A stretch of DNA of 64,000 nt, taken from contig NC_045696.1 of NCBI RefSeq assembly GCF_009834535.1, forward strand, positions 47,928,001 to 47,992,000. The letters are read 5' to 3'. Numbering within the stretch: position 1 is the stretch's first letter; every line of letters starts with the position of its first letter. The translations under genes were made by a program, and so were the position numbers. The notes below the pieces were generated by a model. It searched no databases. It was not told where the DNA came from and saw only the letters and a program-made list of their open reading frames with translations. The DNA is from Camelus ferus. Lineage: Eukaryota. Shown here piece by piece: positions 24,496 through 37,361 of the stretch.

Positions 24496-24945
24496 ATAGA
24501 AAACAAACTTATGGTAACTAGGGGGGAAAGGGGGAGTGGGATAAATTGGGAGTTCAAGATTTTCAGATATTAACTACTATATATAAAATAGGTAAAGAGC
24601 AAGGTCCTACTCTAGAAGGGAACTATATTCAATATCTTGTAATAGCCTATAATGAAAAAGAACATGAAGAGGAAGATATATGTATGTACAACTGAATCAC
24701 TATGCTCTACACCAGAAATTAACATTGTAAAAAGAAAAACAATATGAAAATGAATGTATGTATGTATATGCATGACTGGGATATTGTGCTGTACACCAGA
24801 GATAGACACGTTGTAATTGTACACAATTTACCAAATTAAAAAAATAAAAGCTAAAAAAAAAAAAGAAAAACAAAAAACCCCCACAACATTGTAAACCAAC
24901 TATGCTTCAATTAATAACCCTCCCCCCTCAAAAAAAAAAAAACCC
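24496..24945 (+). mobile_element. L1 3'UTR containing a nested younger L1 3' end (about 24732-24884)
   Basis: Two copies of the terminal 3'UTR; repeat aacattgtaaa at 24721-24731 and 24885-24895. Confidence 0.8.
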
Positions 24946-25499
24946 AAAAAGCATGTTGGCTCTCGGTTCTAAGTATCTTTATGAGTAGGACAGGTGCCCA
25001 GCTTTCAGAAATGAGTCCTTTGAATCTGTCTCAAAAGCAGAGGGAAGGGACACATTAACAGAGGTGGCTCCTCTCCCTAATAGAGAATCTGAAAGTCATT
25101 TCTAGTCTCATACATTTTCTCCCCAAACTATCTGACTTCATTTTTCTCTAATGTGTGCATGAAAATGAATGACCTTTAAAAGTCATCTTCAATTTTTTAA
25201 ATTGGGGGTAGAATTGGAAATTTTTATCAGATTTTGAATCAAGATTTTATTTTTTACATGAAGTAATTTGGCAAGTTTTCCTTCTTTCTCTATGCCCTGG
25301 AAAAATTTAAATTATATAGGAATTTTTTAAAAGTTTGATAGAATTCACCAATTAAAACAACTGGGTTTTTGTCTTCTAAATGATTGGAGTTAGGGGAGAT
25401 GAGGCTAATTTTTGGATACTTTTGTGATTTATTTATAGCAATCAGTGTGTTTATATTTTAAATTTTGAGTCAATTTTGTAACATTTTAACATTTTATTG

Positions 25500-26818
25500 G
25501 CTTTTAAAAATTACTTTGCTAAGGTGACATTGGTTTATAACATGTTTCATGCACACAACATTGTATTTCTACCTCTGTATACACTGCCATGTGCTCACCA
25601 CCAAAAATTTAGCTTCCATCCATCACCATATAGTTGGTCCCTTTTATTCATTTTGTCTTCCCACCCATCCCTTCCCCTCTGGTAACTACTACCCTGTTCT
25701 CTGTTTCTATGAGTTTGTTTAGTTTGTTCATTTATTTTGTTCTGTTTGTTATATTTCACATATGACAAAGGAACAAAGAACATAAAATAGAGAAAAGATA
25801 GTCTCTTTAATAAATGGTGTTGGGAAAACTGGATAGCCACATGCACAAGAGTGAAACTAGACCACTATCCCACGCCATACACAAAAATCAACTCAAAATT
25901 GGTTACAGACTTGAGTGTAAGACCTGAAACCATACAACTGCTAGAAGAAAGCACAGGCAGTATTCTCTTTGACATTGGTTTAAGTAATATCTTTCTGGAT
26001 ATGTCTCCTGAGGCAAGGGAAACAAAAGTAAAAATTAAAAAATGGGACTACATCAAACTGAAAAGCTTCTGCCCAGCAAAGGAAACCATCAACAAAACGA
26101 AGAGACAACCTACTGAATGGGAAAAAAATATTGCAAATCATATATCCAATAAGGAGTTAATAGAGTTAATGTTCAAAACATATTAAAAAAACCTCTTAAG
26201 CTCAACAACAAAACCAAGCAACCTGATTAGAAAATAGGCAGAGGAGCTGAATAGATATTCTTCCAAAGAACATATACAGATTGGCAACAGGCACATGAAA
26301 AGATACTCAGCATCACTGGTCATCAGGGAAACGCAAATCAAAACCACAATGAGATATCACCTCGTGCCTGTTAGAATGGCTGTTATTAAAAAGGGAAGAA
26401 ATAACAACTGTTTGTGAGGATGTGGAGGAAAGGGAACTCATGCATTCTTGGTGGGAAAGTAAATTCGTTCCATTACTATAAAAAACAATATGGAGATTCC
26501 TCAACAAATTAAGAATAGAGCTATCATATGATCCAGCTATTTCATTTTTGAGTATTAATGCAAAAAATAGGAAAACACTAATTTGAAAAGATATATGCAC
26601 CCCTGTGTTCATCACAGCATTATTTACAATAACCAAGATAAGGAAACAACCTAAGGTCCCCATCAACGAATGACTGGAAAAAGATTTGTGGTGTATATAT
26701 ACAATGGAAGACTACTCAGCCATAAAAAAGATACAGTCTTGCCCTTTGTGACAGCATAGATGGACCTTGAGGATATTATACTAAGTCAGACAAAGGAAGA
26801 CAAATACTACATGATTTC
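25500..26818 (-). mobile_element. L1 insertion with 5' inversion (twin priming), inside an older L1ME-type fragment
   Basis: 25500-25763 is 3'UTR on -; 25761-26818 is ORF2 C-terminus on + (ORF 25851-26186 [15 protein letters not shown]...[10 protein letters not shown]). Confidence 0.85.
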
Positions 26819-27244
26819 TCAACTTTTATTTTTTTTAATTTGGCATATAATTGCATGTAGAACTCATTTATTTTTCCAAATTTCCTCTATTATTGGAGTG
26901 ATATCCCCCCCTTTTCCCCCCAAACTTTTGAACTAACTATTTATTTCATTACCTTAGAGCCTAGAAGTTAACACAGACTTGAATGAAGTCTCTCTGATTT
27001 CTTTTTGCTGGGCAGGTGGGTGATGGCAGTGCAGGCTGCTGATGGCTCCTGTACACGTGCATCAGTCAGGGTCCAGGCAGGGCACAGACACCACACCAGT
27101 CAGTGGACCAGAGAGAATGTAACACATATAATTCTTAGCTCAGGAAAAAGTTGTTAACTAGGTAAACAGGTATGTAAAAGGGTGGGAAAAAAACCCCGCG
27201 AAGATAACACAAGTGTAGAAACTGGCAAAGAGCTATGCCACTCT

Positions 27245-27613
27245 GTGTTAGTTTGCTAGGGCTTCTGTGACAAAATACCACAGATGGGGTGGCTTAATCA
27301 GCAGATAATTACTTCTTCACATTTCTGGACACCAGAAGTCTGAGGTCGAGCTGTCAGCAAGTATCTCCCCTTGGCTTGTAGATGGTCGCCTTTCCCCTCT
27401 CTTCCTATGATTTTCCCTCTGTACATGTCTGTATCCTCGTTTCTTTATCTTATAAGGATACCAGTCATGTTGGGTTAGGGCCCACCCTAGTGGCCTCATT
27501 TTAACTTAATCACCCCTTTAAAGACCCTGTCTTTAAATAAGTCACATTCTGAGGTTGTGGGGATTAGAACTTCAACATACAAATTTCATGGGGACAGAGT
27601 TCATCCCATAACA
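27245..27613 (-). mobile_element. MLT1A/B-like MaLR solo LTR
   Basis: tgtgttagtttgctagggct...caaaataccacagatgggg ... ggggacagagttcatcccataaca. Confidence 0.88.
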
Positions 27614-27789
27614 CACTTTGAAGGATGGGGAAACAGAGGGAAGAGTTTAGAATTACTACCACTGAAAGCTTACAGAAAGGGTCCTTGAAGAATTCATCTC
27701 TGACCTTGCAGGAAATGGGGGAGTTGGTCTGGCGCTTGTCTCTGAATTTGGAAACCTAAGCCACAGCACAGGTTTAAGATACAAATACA

Positions 27790-29120
27790 GACTTCTACTT
27801 CTGTTAGAATGGAGTATGAAGGACCAGGTTTACCCTCCTGTCTGAAAACAAAACAGAAAAGCAGACAGAAATATATGAAACCAGTTTTTAAGACACTGGA
27901 CGTCAAGCATTGAAGAACAATATCCCGGAACAATAGGAAACAAATGAGATGAGTCCTGTGATCGACCCAGTGTACTGACCTGAGAGAGATTCCAGGCTGT
28001 GGCACAGGGAGGGGACCCAGACAGAGCCTGGAAGACTCACTGTGTTGAGGAGGCAGAAGCAAGGGTCTGGGGAGACCGAGACAGCTAGAGTTAGCAGGAC
28101 AGAGTGACAGAAGTGAAGGAGCTGCACCCAGAGAGAACTCTTGAGATCTGGAGATGGTTTTCCTGAAGTATTCTGGAGGCTATGATCAGCACATGTGTCT
28201 GAGGAAATGCCCCAAGGCTGGGGAAAGAACCACCTGAAAGGATTGGCAGGAATAGAACATAATATGCAGGGCTAGAAGGACTGCTGGTCCAACCAGCCAG
28301 ATTGGAAAAGCTCATAACTCATGGGACACTGGGGACAATATTACAGAAAGACCTTGTCTCAGTAGCAGGGAGCACTTAACCCTAGACTAACTATGATCTG
28401 GTCATTCCATAATAATGACTTCAAAAGCAAGACCAAAAAAGATCCAGTCATTTCTCAGTAACTTAAATACATCCCCAGACAAAGCTCAAGAATATTTGTA
28501 GAAATTCAAAACTATCCAGGACTTGAGAAAAATCAATTGAATCAAAGAACCAATATGTTAGAATTAGGACATTAAAACAGTTGTATTTCAGATGCTCAAA
28601 AAGTAAAATAGAGATAGATTTTTTTAAAAGACCCGAAGTGAATTTTTAAAGATGAAAGTGACAATGTCATAACAGATTTATTTTTAACAGCCAAAAAAAG
28701 GAGAAAAGAATCCACATGCCTATCAACAGGTGAATAGGGAAACAAATTGTGCAATAGCCATACAATGGAAACTACTTAGCTATAAAAGTAGTGAACTACA
28801 GAGTCATGCAACAGCATGAGTGAATCTCAGAATAATCATGCTCAATGAAGGGAACCAGATAAAAAAGTACACAGAAAACCCAAGTTCATCTACAGTGAAA
28901 GAAAGCACTTTATCACTATTGGTTGCCTAGGAATGGGAGTATGCTGGGGTCACCAAGGGTCACGGGGAAATTCTTCATGAATAAGTGATGGGTTTGTTCA
29001 TTATCTTGTGATGATGGTCTGATGGGTGTATACGTTTGTCTAAACTTATAAAATTGTATACTTTAAATATATGATGCACAGTTCATGGTCTGTCAATTAT
29101 ACCTCAATAGCAGTTTTTTT
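27790..29120 (+). mobile_element. Old L1 (L1MC/MD-type) 5'UTR/ORF1 region directly joined to an L1 3' end
   Basis: 5' motif gacttctacttctg...atggagta...tttaccctcctgtctgaaa; 3' end from about 28685 (aacagccaaaa...catacaatggaaactact...tgtcaattatacctcaata). Confidence 0.7.
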
Positions 29121-29798
29121 AAATTAAAGGTTATAACTATTAACAGAAGTATTTAAGAATCTCAAAACTGATCTCCTTTTGGAAGTCTGTTACACATAAA
29201 CCTGTACTTACACTTAATTTATACTCTAAAATAATAATGTGCAGTTGCTATAGCAGTGACTTGCTTTGATAGTGAAACTTTTTTTAACCCACATACCCTA
29301 AGTAGGAATGCTTGCTAGCATTGGCCTTCAGCTTTGTTCCCAGTGAACCTCTTCTTCCTGGCAGGATTTCTGCAGCCCTTGTAGCCTCATATGTCATTTA
29401 GAAGGTAGGAATTTAACTCCTAGCATTCTCACCAGCCAGGTCAATGGAAAGAAGGAAGAGAAGGGGATAGAGTCTTGCTGAAATCATGCTACAGCTACAC
29501 GTCAGGTGTTGCCTGCATGGTGATGGTCTGCTCTTAGTTCTCTGTCAGTGTGTTCTAACTGCAGCGCCTTGTGCCTGAAAATCTTCCGGATCTCCCATGA
29601 AATATTTGATTTTATAACGACCTTGTGGCGAAAAGCTGTAACAATCAAGACTTGCTGATTAAGAATGAGGTCAACAACAGATTTTTAAAACCTTTTTCTT
29701 TCTCTCTTTATTTCGTCTCTCCCTTTGTTAAATAATTCAATAAATGTCTAGTGAGCACTTATACGCCAGGCACACTCATCTGTCATGCGCTTCTAGAG

Positions 29799-29962
29799 CC
29801 TTGTTATTCAGAGTGAGTTTGGTAGGACACAGCACCAACAGCATCAGCACCACCTGGGAGCTTATTAGGAATGCAGAGTCGTCGTCCTCCAGACGTACAG
29901 AATCAGTATCTGCATTTTAACAAGCTCCCTCAGTGACTTGTATGTGCATTTAAAAGGCACTG
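29799..29962. mobile_element. MER5A (hAT-Charlie MITE)
   Basis: cagcatcagcaccacctgggagctt...agaatcagtatctgcattttaacaag; flanked by ttctagag on both sides (8-bp NTCTAGAN-type TSD). Confidence 0.85.
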
Positions 29963-29979
29963 TTCTAGAGAATTCTCCT

Positions 29980-30180
29980 TAGTTCTACCACTTAAACACT
30001 GCTGTGACTTTGAGAAGGTAACTTCACTTCTTTAAGCTGTCAACAAATGAGGGAATGGAAGTAATAGCAGAAACCACTGTATGTTTTATTGGGAGAATTT
30101 AATTAGATACACCTTCTAAAGCACCTTACACACTGGTACCTAGTAAGTGCTTTTAAAAACAGCCATTATTGTTATTATGA
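29980..30180 (+). mobile_element. MIR SINE
   Basis: gctgtgactttgagaaggtaacttcacttc...aaagcaccttacacactggtacctagtaagtgc. Confidence 0.65.
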
Positions 30181-30374
30181 ATTACTATTATCTTTTCTTA
30201 GTTGAAAGAAAAAATCTTTTTTTTTGGTAAAGCTTCCCTTGTAGCCACTTTCCTTCTAGTTCATTTGTTTGTTCATAAAGGTGAGCAAAAGAGATTATTC
30301 CAAAAGACATGACAGTTAAATAAACTTGATCCTGGGTTGGATCCTGGACTGGAAAGGGAAGGAGGAAAACTGAA

Positions 30375-31199
30375 TGTCTTAATCAGCTCGAGGTGCCATA
30401 GTAAAATACCATCTGTGTGATCTAAACAACAGAAACTTATTTTCTCACAGTTCTGGATGCTGGAAGTCAGAGAGCATGGGGGTGACCAGTGTCTGGCTGT
30501 TGGTCTTGGCTTTGTTACGGAAATGACAGGCCAGTCAAGAAACAAGCACCACTCGGAGGGTTGGAGTACTCAGATGTATTATGCCGCGGGCTCAGAGGGG
30601 CTTCTGCTCCGAAGCTCTGAGCACCTCCAAGACGTGCGCATGAGGTTTTATAGGGTAAAGTACAAGCTTGGGGTATTCGGCCAATAGGCATGGAACAGCT
30701 TTAGCAGTATTATCATCACAAAAATGGAGGTGGGGAGGCAGCAAACCAACATTCCAAAGCCAGATATGTATCTTTGAAAACCCTGCTGGCTAGCAAAAAA
30801 CATGAACAGCAAACCAACACTAATTAACCTTGATTTACAAGTTAGTCTAGCAGAACTCAGATCAGTATTCCAATACTTAGATTTGTGAGTTATCTTGTTA
30901 GCCCAGCCCAGCCTCTCCTTCACATTCCTAGACTTGTGAGTTACCTTGTTAGACCAGCCCAGCTTTTCCTTCACAGCTTACACATGACTGCCATGTCCCA
31001 TCCTGTCCTCCCTCATATGACCTTTGCTCTCTCGTCCTCATTTTATAAAGCCACTAATCTCATCATGAGGGCTCTACCCTCATGATCTAATTAACCCTAG
31101 TTACCTTACCTTCCAAAGGCTCCACTTCCAAAACCATCACACTGGGGGCTAGGGTTTCAACCTATGGGTTTTAGGGGGACACAAACATTTAGTCCACAC
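30375..31199 (-). mobile_element. MLT1A-like MaLR LTR split by a solo LTR
   Basis: tgtcttaatcagctc...aaacaacagaaacttattttctcacagttctgga (30375-30508); resumes at 30980 and ends ggggacacaaacatttagtcc. Confidence 0.8.
30513..30975 (-). mobile_element. ERV1-type solo LTR (463 bp) with 4-bp TSD
   Basis: TG...CA termini; TSD gctt at 30509-30512 and 30976-30979; TATA (tataaaa on -) at about 30646-30652; CCAAT motif at about 30681. Confidence 0.88.
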
Positions 31200-31639
31200 G
31201 GGGAATAAGTTTGGTTGATAATGTTGCAGTTTCTTTCTACGAGTGACACGATTAGACACTGGACTTTAAGAGATGTGGAATTAGATGATGATGAATCTTT
31301 TAGACGAAATGCCGCACAAGTAATTTTCAGAAAAGAACTGGATGTATTTAAAGGCTTCAAACGATAACAGTGCTGTTATCCAGAGATGGAAGTGGAATGA
31401 CTGCTACTGCTGATTCTCCTTTCCCTTTGGTTTCATTAAGGAACTTAGTGCAGGGGTGACTGGCTGCCTTGGACTCCCTAACTCTTATAGGCTCCAGGTC
31501 ATGCCCATTCCATTCAAGTCTACACCCCCAGAAACTAGGACAGTGCTTGGCACAGGATAGGCATCCGAAACATATGTGTTGAGTATGGATAACTAACTGG
31601 GTTAGACCACACACCAGAGAAGCATTTCTCTTTCATCTT

Positions 31640-32815
31640 CCCAATATTTCTATTATCTACGTTTTTCTGGGGGAAAAATAATTTCAAGCCTACAGAAAAG
31701 ACGCAAGAACAATAAGAAGAACTCTTATATACCATGTACCCAAATCACTCGTTTTTCAGTTTTTAACATTTTATGTTGAAATAACTTCAAACTTGAGAAA
31801 GACTTTCAAGAAGAATATAGATAATAATACAAAGGGCTCTACACTCTTCACCCAGGTTTCCTACTTATCAACACTTTACATTTGTCTTCTCATTTTCTTC
31901 CATATAACATTATTTTCTTTCTGAAACATTTGAGATTAAGTCACAGTTATGGTGCCAAATTACCCCTAAATACATCAGTTTGTATTTATTAGAAACAAGG
32001 ACACTCTCCCGCATAACTTCAATGCCCTCATGGAATTCAGGATATTAACATTGCTACAACACTTTTATCTAATTGGCATACTCCACTCAGATTTCTCCAA
32101 TTTTCTGTCGCTTATAGAAAGGAATAATAGTAACAAACTTACTGCCTTTCTTTCCTTTCTGGTTTGAGATCCAGTCTAGAATCATGCATTGTATTTAGTT
32201 GTCATGTCTGTTTACTTTTTTTCAATCTATTATTCCTTAGTGTTTCTTTGTTTTCTGTGACTTTGACATTTTTGAAGAGTATAGGTCAGTTATTTTATAG
32301 AATTTCCTTCACTTTGGGTTTCTCTGATGTTTCTTCATGACTAGATTCAGGATATACTTTTTGGAATGAATAACACAGAAATGATGCTGTTTTTTTTCTC
32401 AGTGCCTCATAATGGGAGGCACACAATTTCAATTTTTCTCATTACCAAGGATGTTAACTTTCATCACTTGGTCAAAATGGTATCTATGCTGTTTCTCCAC
32501 TGTAAAATTCATTAATGTGTAATCAATAGATTTGGGGGGGGGAGATTTACTTTGATACTATGTATATACATATCATTTCTCTTGTTAAAATTTTACCCTG
32601 TGATTTTTTTTTTAACATCCATTGATATCTCTTGCCTGAAATCATTTATTATGATAGTGCTTGCTGAATTTATTTTCTATCATTCCTTCTGCATGTATTA
32701 GTTTGCATTCTACTGTAAGAGCTTTCTCTTTGTATTTAGTTACTTATATCAATATGAACTTATGGATTCTTATTTTATTGAATTAGTTATAATATATTTT
32801 TTATCTTTAATTATT
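31640..32815 (-). mobile_element. Old L1MC/ME 3' region fragments
   Basis: ttgaaataacttcaaactt...catttgagattaagt...tttagttgtcatgtct...gttaactttcatcacttggtcaa. Confidence 0.7.
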
Positions 32816-33797
32816 ACTTTATTACAGCTTTATTGAGGTGTACTTGATACATAAATTGCATATATTTAAAGTGTACAGTTTGAGGAGTGCACAAGTTTCC
32901 CTTTTCTCCACATCCTCGCCAACACTTGTTATCTCTTGTCTTGTTGCTGATAGCCATTCTAACAGATGTGAAGTGACATCTAACTGTGGTTAAGGTTTGC
33001 ATTTCCCTGATGATTAGTGATGTTGAGCTCCTTTTCTTGTGCCTGTTGACTGTCTCTATGTCTTCTTTGGCAAAATGTCTCTTTGGGTACCCTGCCCATT
33101 TTTAAATCAGATTGTTTGGTTTTTGCTATTGAGTTACATGAATTCCTTGTGTATTTTAGATATTGATCTCTTATCAGATAGATGGTTTGCAACTATGTTC
33201 TCCCATCCCATAGGTTGTCTTTTCATTTTTCTGATTGTTTCTTTTGCTGTGCAGATGCTTTTTAGTTTAATGTAGTCCAATTTGTTGCTTTTGCTCTTTG
33301 TGTCATATCCAAAAAATCTTTGCCAAGACCAATGTCAAGGAATTTTTCCTTGTATTTTCTTTTAGGAGTTTTATGGTTTCAGGTCTTATGTTTATGTTTT
33401 TAATCATTTTGAGTTAATTTTTTTGTGAGTGGTGTAAGATAGGTATCCAATTTTAGTTTTTGTGTCTGATTATCCAGTTTTCCCAGCACTATTTATTGAG
33501 GAGACTTTCTCCATTGAGTAGTCTTGGCTCCCTTGTCAAATATTAGTTGACTGTATATCCATGCTTTTTTGGGGGGTTCCTTAATTCTGTTCTATTGGTC
33601 TGTGTGTCTGTTTTTACTTCAATACCATAGTGGTTTGATTGCTATAGCTTTTTAATATAGTTTGAAATCAGGAAATGTGATGCCTTCAGCTTTGTTCTTT
33701 TGCAGGATTGCTTTGGCTATACAGGGTCCTTTGTGATTTCATATGAATTTTAGAATTTTCTATTTCTGTAAAAAATGCTATAGGAATTTTGATAGTA
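32815..33797 (-). mobile_element. L1 (ORF2 3' region plus terminal 3'UTR) with internal deletion
   Basis: ORF2-like peptides ([27 protein letters not shown]); 3' terminus cagctttattgagg joined at about 32885 directly to ORF2. Confidence 0.85.
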
Positions 33798-33799
33798 TT

Positions 33800-34560
33800 G
33801 GGTACATACTATCAGCATGATTTATGGCTTGATGTTGACCTTGATCACCTGGCTGAAGTGGCATTTGTCAGGTTTTTCTACTGTAAAGTTATTCTTTCCC
33901 CCCATTTTTCATACTTTACTCTTTGAAAAGAAGCCACTATTTGCAGTCCTCATCTAAGAAAAGGGGAGGCATATTTCCCCTCTTTGAGGACAGAATATTT
34001 GCATAAATTATTTGGAATTTTTCTGCATGAAAGATTTGTCCTCATTTATTAATTTATTCAATCATTTATGTTAGTGTGAACTCATGGATATTTATTTTGT
34101 TCTTTGATTTATAATCCAATAGTACCTTATTTTCTTGCTCAAATTGTTTTGACTTTGGCCATTGGGAGCTCTTTCCGTGGTTCCTGTGCTCATTTGACAT
34201 ACCCCTATCTATGTGGCTTTTTGGGTTTTTTGTGTACTTCCTCACTTTCTGACACTACAAAATGCTGCAGGCTCATCTTCTCTAATTCTTGCCCCAGTAT
34301 TAGAATCATCCATTTCTCCAAGGAGCCATTTCTTTTTATTGGAAAATCATATTAGAAATGAAGATCTGGGTACTAGGTATGCTTGTTGCTACAGGGGTAT
34401 CTTTTTAAGTCTTCTAAGTTGACAGAGTGAAAAAATATATGTGTGTTTACTAGTTTACACATATCTATAAATATTTCTGTGTGTAACCATCTGTATGTAT
34501 ATTAAGCTAAGCATGAATTTATACTGATGTCTCAAACTGTAATCTATTACCGCGTGGATC
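33800..34560 (-). mobile_element. L1MC-type 3' end
   Basis: gatgttgaccttgatcacctggctga...ttggccattgggagctcttt...catttctccaaggagcc. Confidence 0.75.
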
Positions 34561-34959
34561 ATTTGACGAAATTATTTTTAATTAACTTCTATTTATTTTT
34601 TTGATTAACGTAGTTACATGGTTCAAAAGAGTAAAAGGGCATGTAATGAAAATCTTCCCTCCTACCCTTTCTTAACATCCAACTGGTTCCCTCCCGAAGG
34701 TGAGTAATCTTACAAGTTCCTGCAGGGGAACTGAGATGGGCAGAAGACATTCAAAGGACTTGGAAGAAGTACATTTTCAAAGATTTTTTACATATCTGCT
34801 TTAGTTTTATCTCACATGTGAATCAATCAAAGAAGATAGAACCAGTACTTTTTAAAAGTGAAGAAGCTGGGGAACTAAAATATGTTTTCCTCCCAAATAA
34901 GAAAATTGTGTAAAGATGTCATGTGGAAAATTTAAGAAGCAATATAGAAACAACCGAAC

Positions 34960-35160
34960 TTTAGAGTCAGGATTTGACTGTATTATAAGTCCCATCTCTG
35001 CTGATTCTTAATGATTTGACCATGTCATATGTTTTAAACTCTTTGAGTCTTAATATTTTTATCTGAACATTGGAATCATAACTATCTAATACAGCCATTT
35101 GTAATGCACTCAATCCAGTGCCTGGCGTAAACTAACTGATCAATGAGTGATAATTATTAT
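34960..35160 (+). mobile_element. MIR SINE
   Basis: tttagagtcag...cccatctctgctg...cagtgcctggc. Confidence 0.5.
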
Positions 35161-36096
35161 TTTTTTAAGTTTTTGCAGCAGTTGAGCATGAAACACTAAA
35201 CTGTTTCATTATATGCCAGTGATATTTATTTAAGGTCACCTCAGATGTTGGAGAGTGGGAGTTCTAGTTCTTTGCTCTGCCATCTAGGAGGGTCCAGTAC
35301 CAGGAAAGTTTCATATTCTGTATTTTAACAGCAACTCTTTGGGGGAAGGTTCCTGCTTCCACCTCTTGATAGACATGCAAAGTCAAATTTTTAGAAAATA
35401 AATTACTAAAATTGCTTTTTGCCTCCAATAACTATATATTGGAGCCTCCTTCAAATATTTAAAGCATTTCAGGGAAGGCCTTTAATTTATACCCTGAGGA
35501 GAGAACTTTAAACATGAATGAGATTCTAAATAAATCTAAGTGACAGTTTGGCAGGAAGAGAGAACATTTCTCTCTACCTAAGCTGCTTTTGACAATGGAT
35601 ATTTAAGCAGGGTAATCAAATGTGACTTCTATCATCAAAATTAGTAAGGCATGAAAAACCTTTATCTTATGATGCATTACATTGCCCATGTGAAAATATA
35701 GTCTCTTGTGCCTTCTTAAGAGTACTCACTTGGGGTTCTCTCTACAAAGTGAGGGTTTTAGGTTTTCAGGACAACGTTTAAACAGTCCAGGATTTGCTAA
35801 TATCTGTGGAAGTCCTCTAACGTTTGTGTTCCCAAAAGAGCTACTGACCTTTTGTATAATTCTACTCTTTTTAACTTGGGCAGTTTGTAAATAATTTAGT
35901 ACTATTTTCTCCAAAGGACATATTCTTTTCCAAGTTTATTTCCATGGTCTTATATAATCCTTATTAAGAAGAGAAAGCGCACTTCTACCTATTGTAAGAA
36001 TGAGTTAACTAAGGACAAAGAGGATGTGCGAGTATTTCCAAATTTACTCATAGCCTGACTCTTTTTCTTTTGTATTTAACAAATACAGCTATTAAG

Positions 36097-36654
36097 CACT
36101 ATTTACAATAGCCAAGACACAGAAGCAACCTAAATGTATAACAACAGATGAATGGATAAAGAAGACATATATAGATACACACACACACACACACACACAC
36201 AGAATACTATTCAGCCATTAAAAATGATGAAATAATGCCATTTGCATCAACATAGAGATTATCATACTAAGTGAAGTAAGTCAGAAAGAGAAAGATACCA
36301 TATGATATCACTTATTATGGAATCTAAAATATGCCACAAATGAACTAATTTATGAGACAGAAACAGAATCATAGACATAGAAAACAAACTTATGGTTACC
36401 AAAGGGGAAAGGGAGCAGGGGAGGCATAAATTAGGAGTTTGGCATTAGCATATACAAAATACTGTATGTAAAATAGTTAAACAACAGGTCCTACTGTATA
36501 GCACAGGAAACTATATTCAATATCCTGTAATAAACCATAATGGAAAAGATTATGAAAAAGAATATGTATATATATGTGCATGTGTAACTAAATCACTGTG
36601 CTGTACACCAGGAACTAACACAACATTGTAAATCAACTATACTTCAATTAAAAA
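36097..36654 (+). mobile_element. 5'-truncated L1 3' end with internal (CA)n
   Basis: actatttacaatagccaagac...aatcaactatacttcaattaaaaa; TSD agctattaag at about 36087 and 36655. Confidence 0.88.
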
Positions 36655-36665
36655 AGCTATTAAGT

Positions 36666-36701
<36 letters not shown>

Positions 36702-37361
36702 GACATGTATTCAAGTTGATGTGTTATATTTCTTCTACTTCAAGCTTTGTTTTGTTTTTCATTTCCAAGTGAGTTTTCAAATTAACCTCTAATTTTGTCA
36801 TGAAGTCATTCACTTTTGTAATTAGTCATTATGCAATGATGTTTGCATTGTTTATGTCTCACTTTTTATAATTTACCAAGGGATTCCCAACTAAGTAACC
36901 TCAGTCAGCTTGCTTTTTGATTTAGGAAAATCCAGATTTCATCTAGTTGGTGAATCAAATCCCTGCCTATTAAGAAACCTCATGAAGTGCAGAATCGAAG
37001 GAATAACTTCATACCAGAGACTTGCCAGTTTGGTTAAAAATGCTTCTATGGTAGAAATAAAATGCAGCTTTGGCTTGGTAATTGTGGCTTGACAAATCTG
37101 TTACTAAACTCCAGCATATAGCCATTTCTAAATATGAATTGTTAACTTGCTACAGGGTTTTCAGCCAGTGGCCATAAAAGGAATATCCAAACCCCCAAAT
37201 GTCAAGATTTGGCATATACTGCTTGATAAGTTGGTATTATTGGGTTTTGAAAGTCTGGATAAAAATAAGAGATAATATTACATGGTGCTGGCGTTGCCTG
37301 GTGGCTGTTAGATCTTTGTGTACAAAATTGTCTTTACTAACTTAATAAATAAAATGCATTT

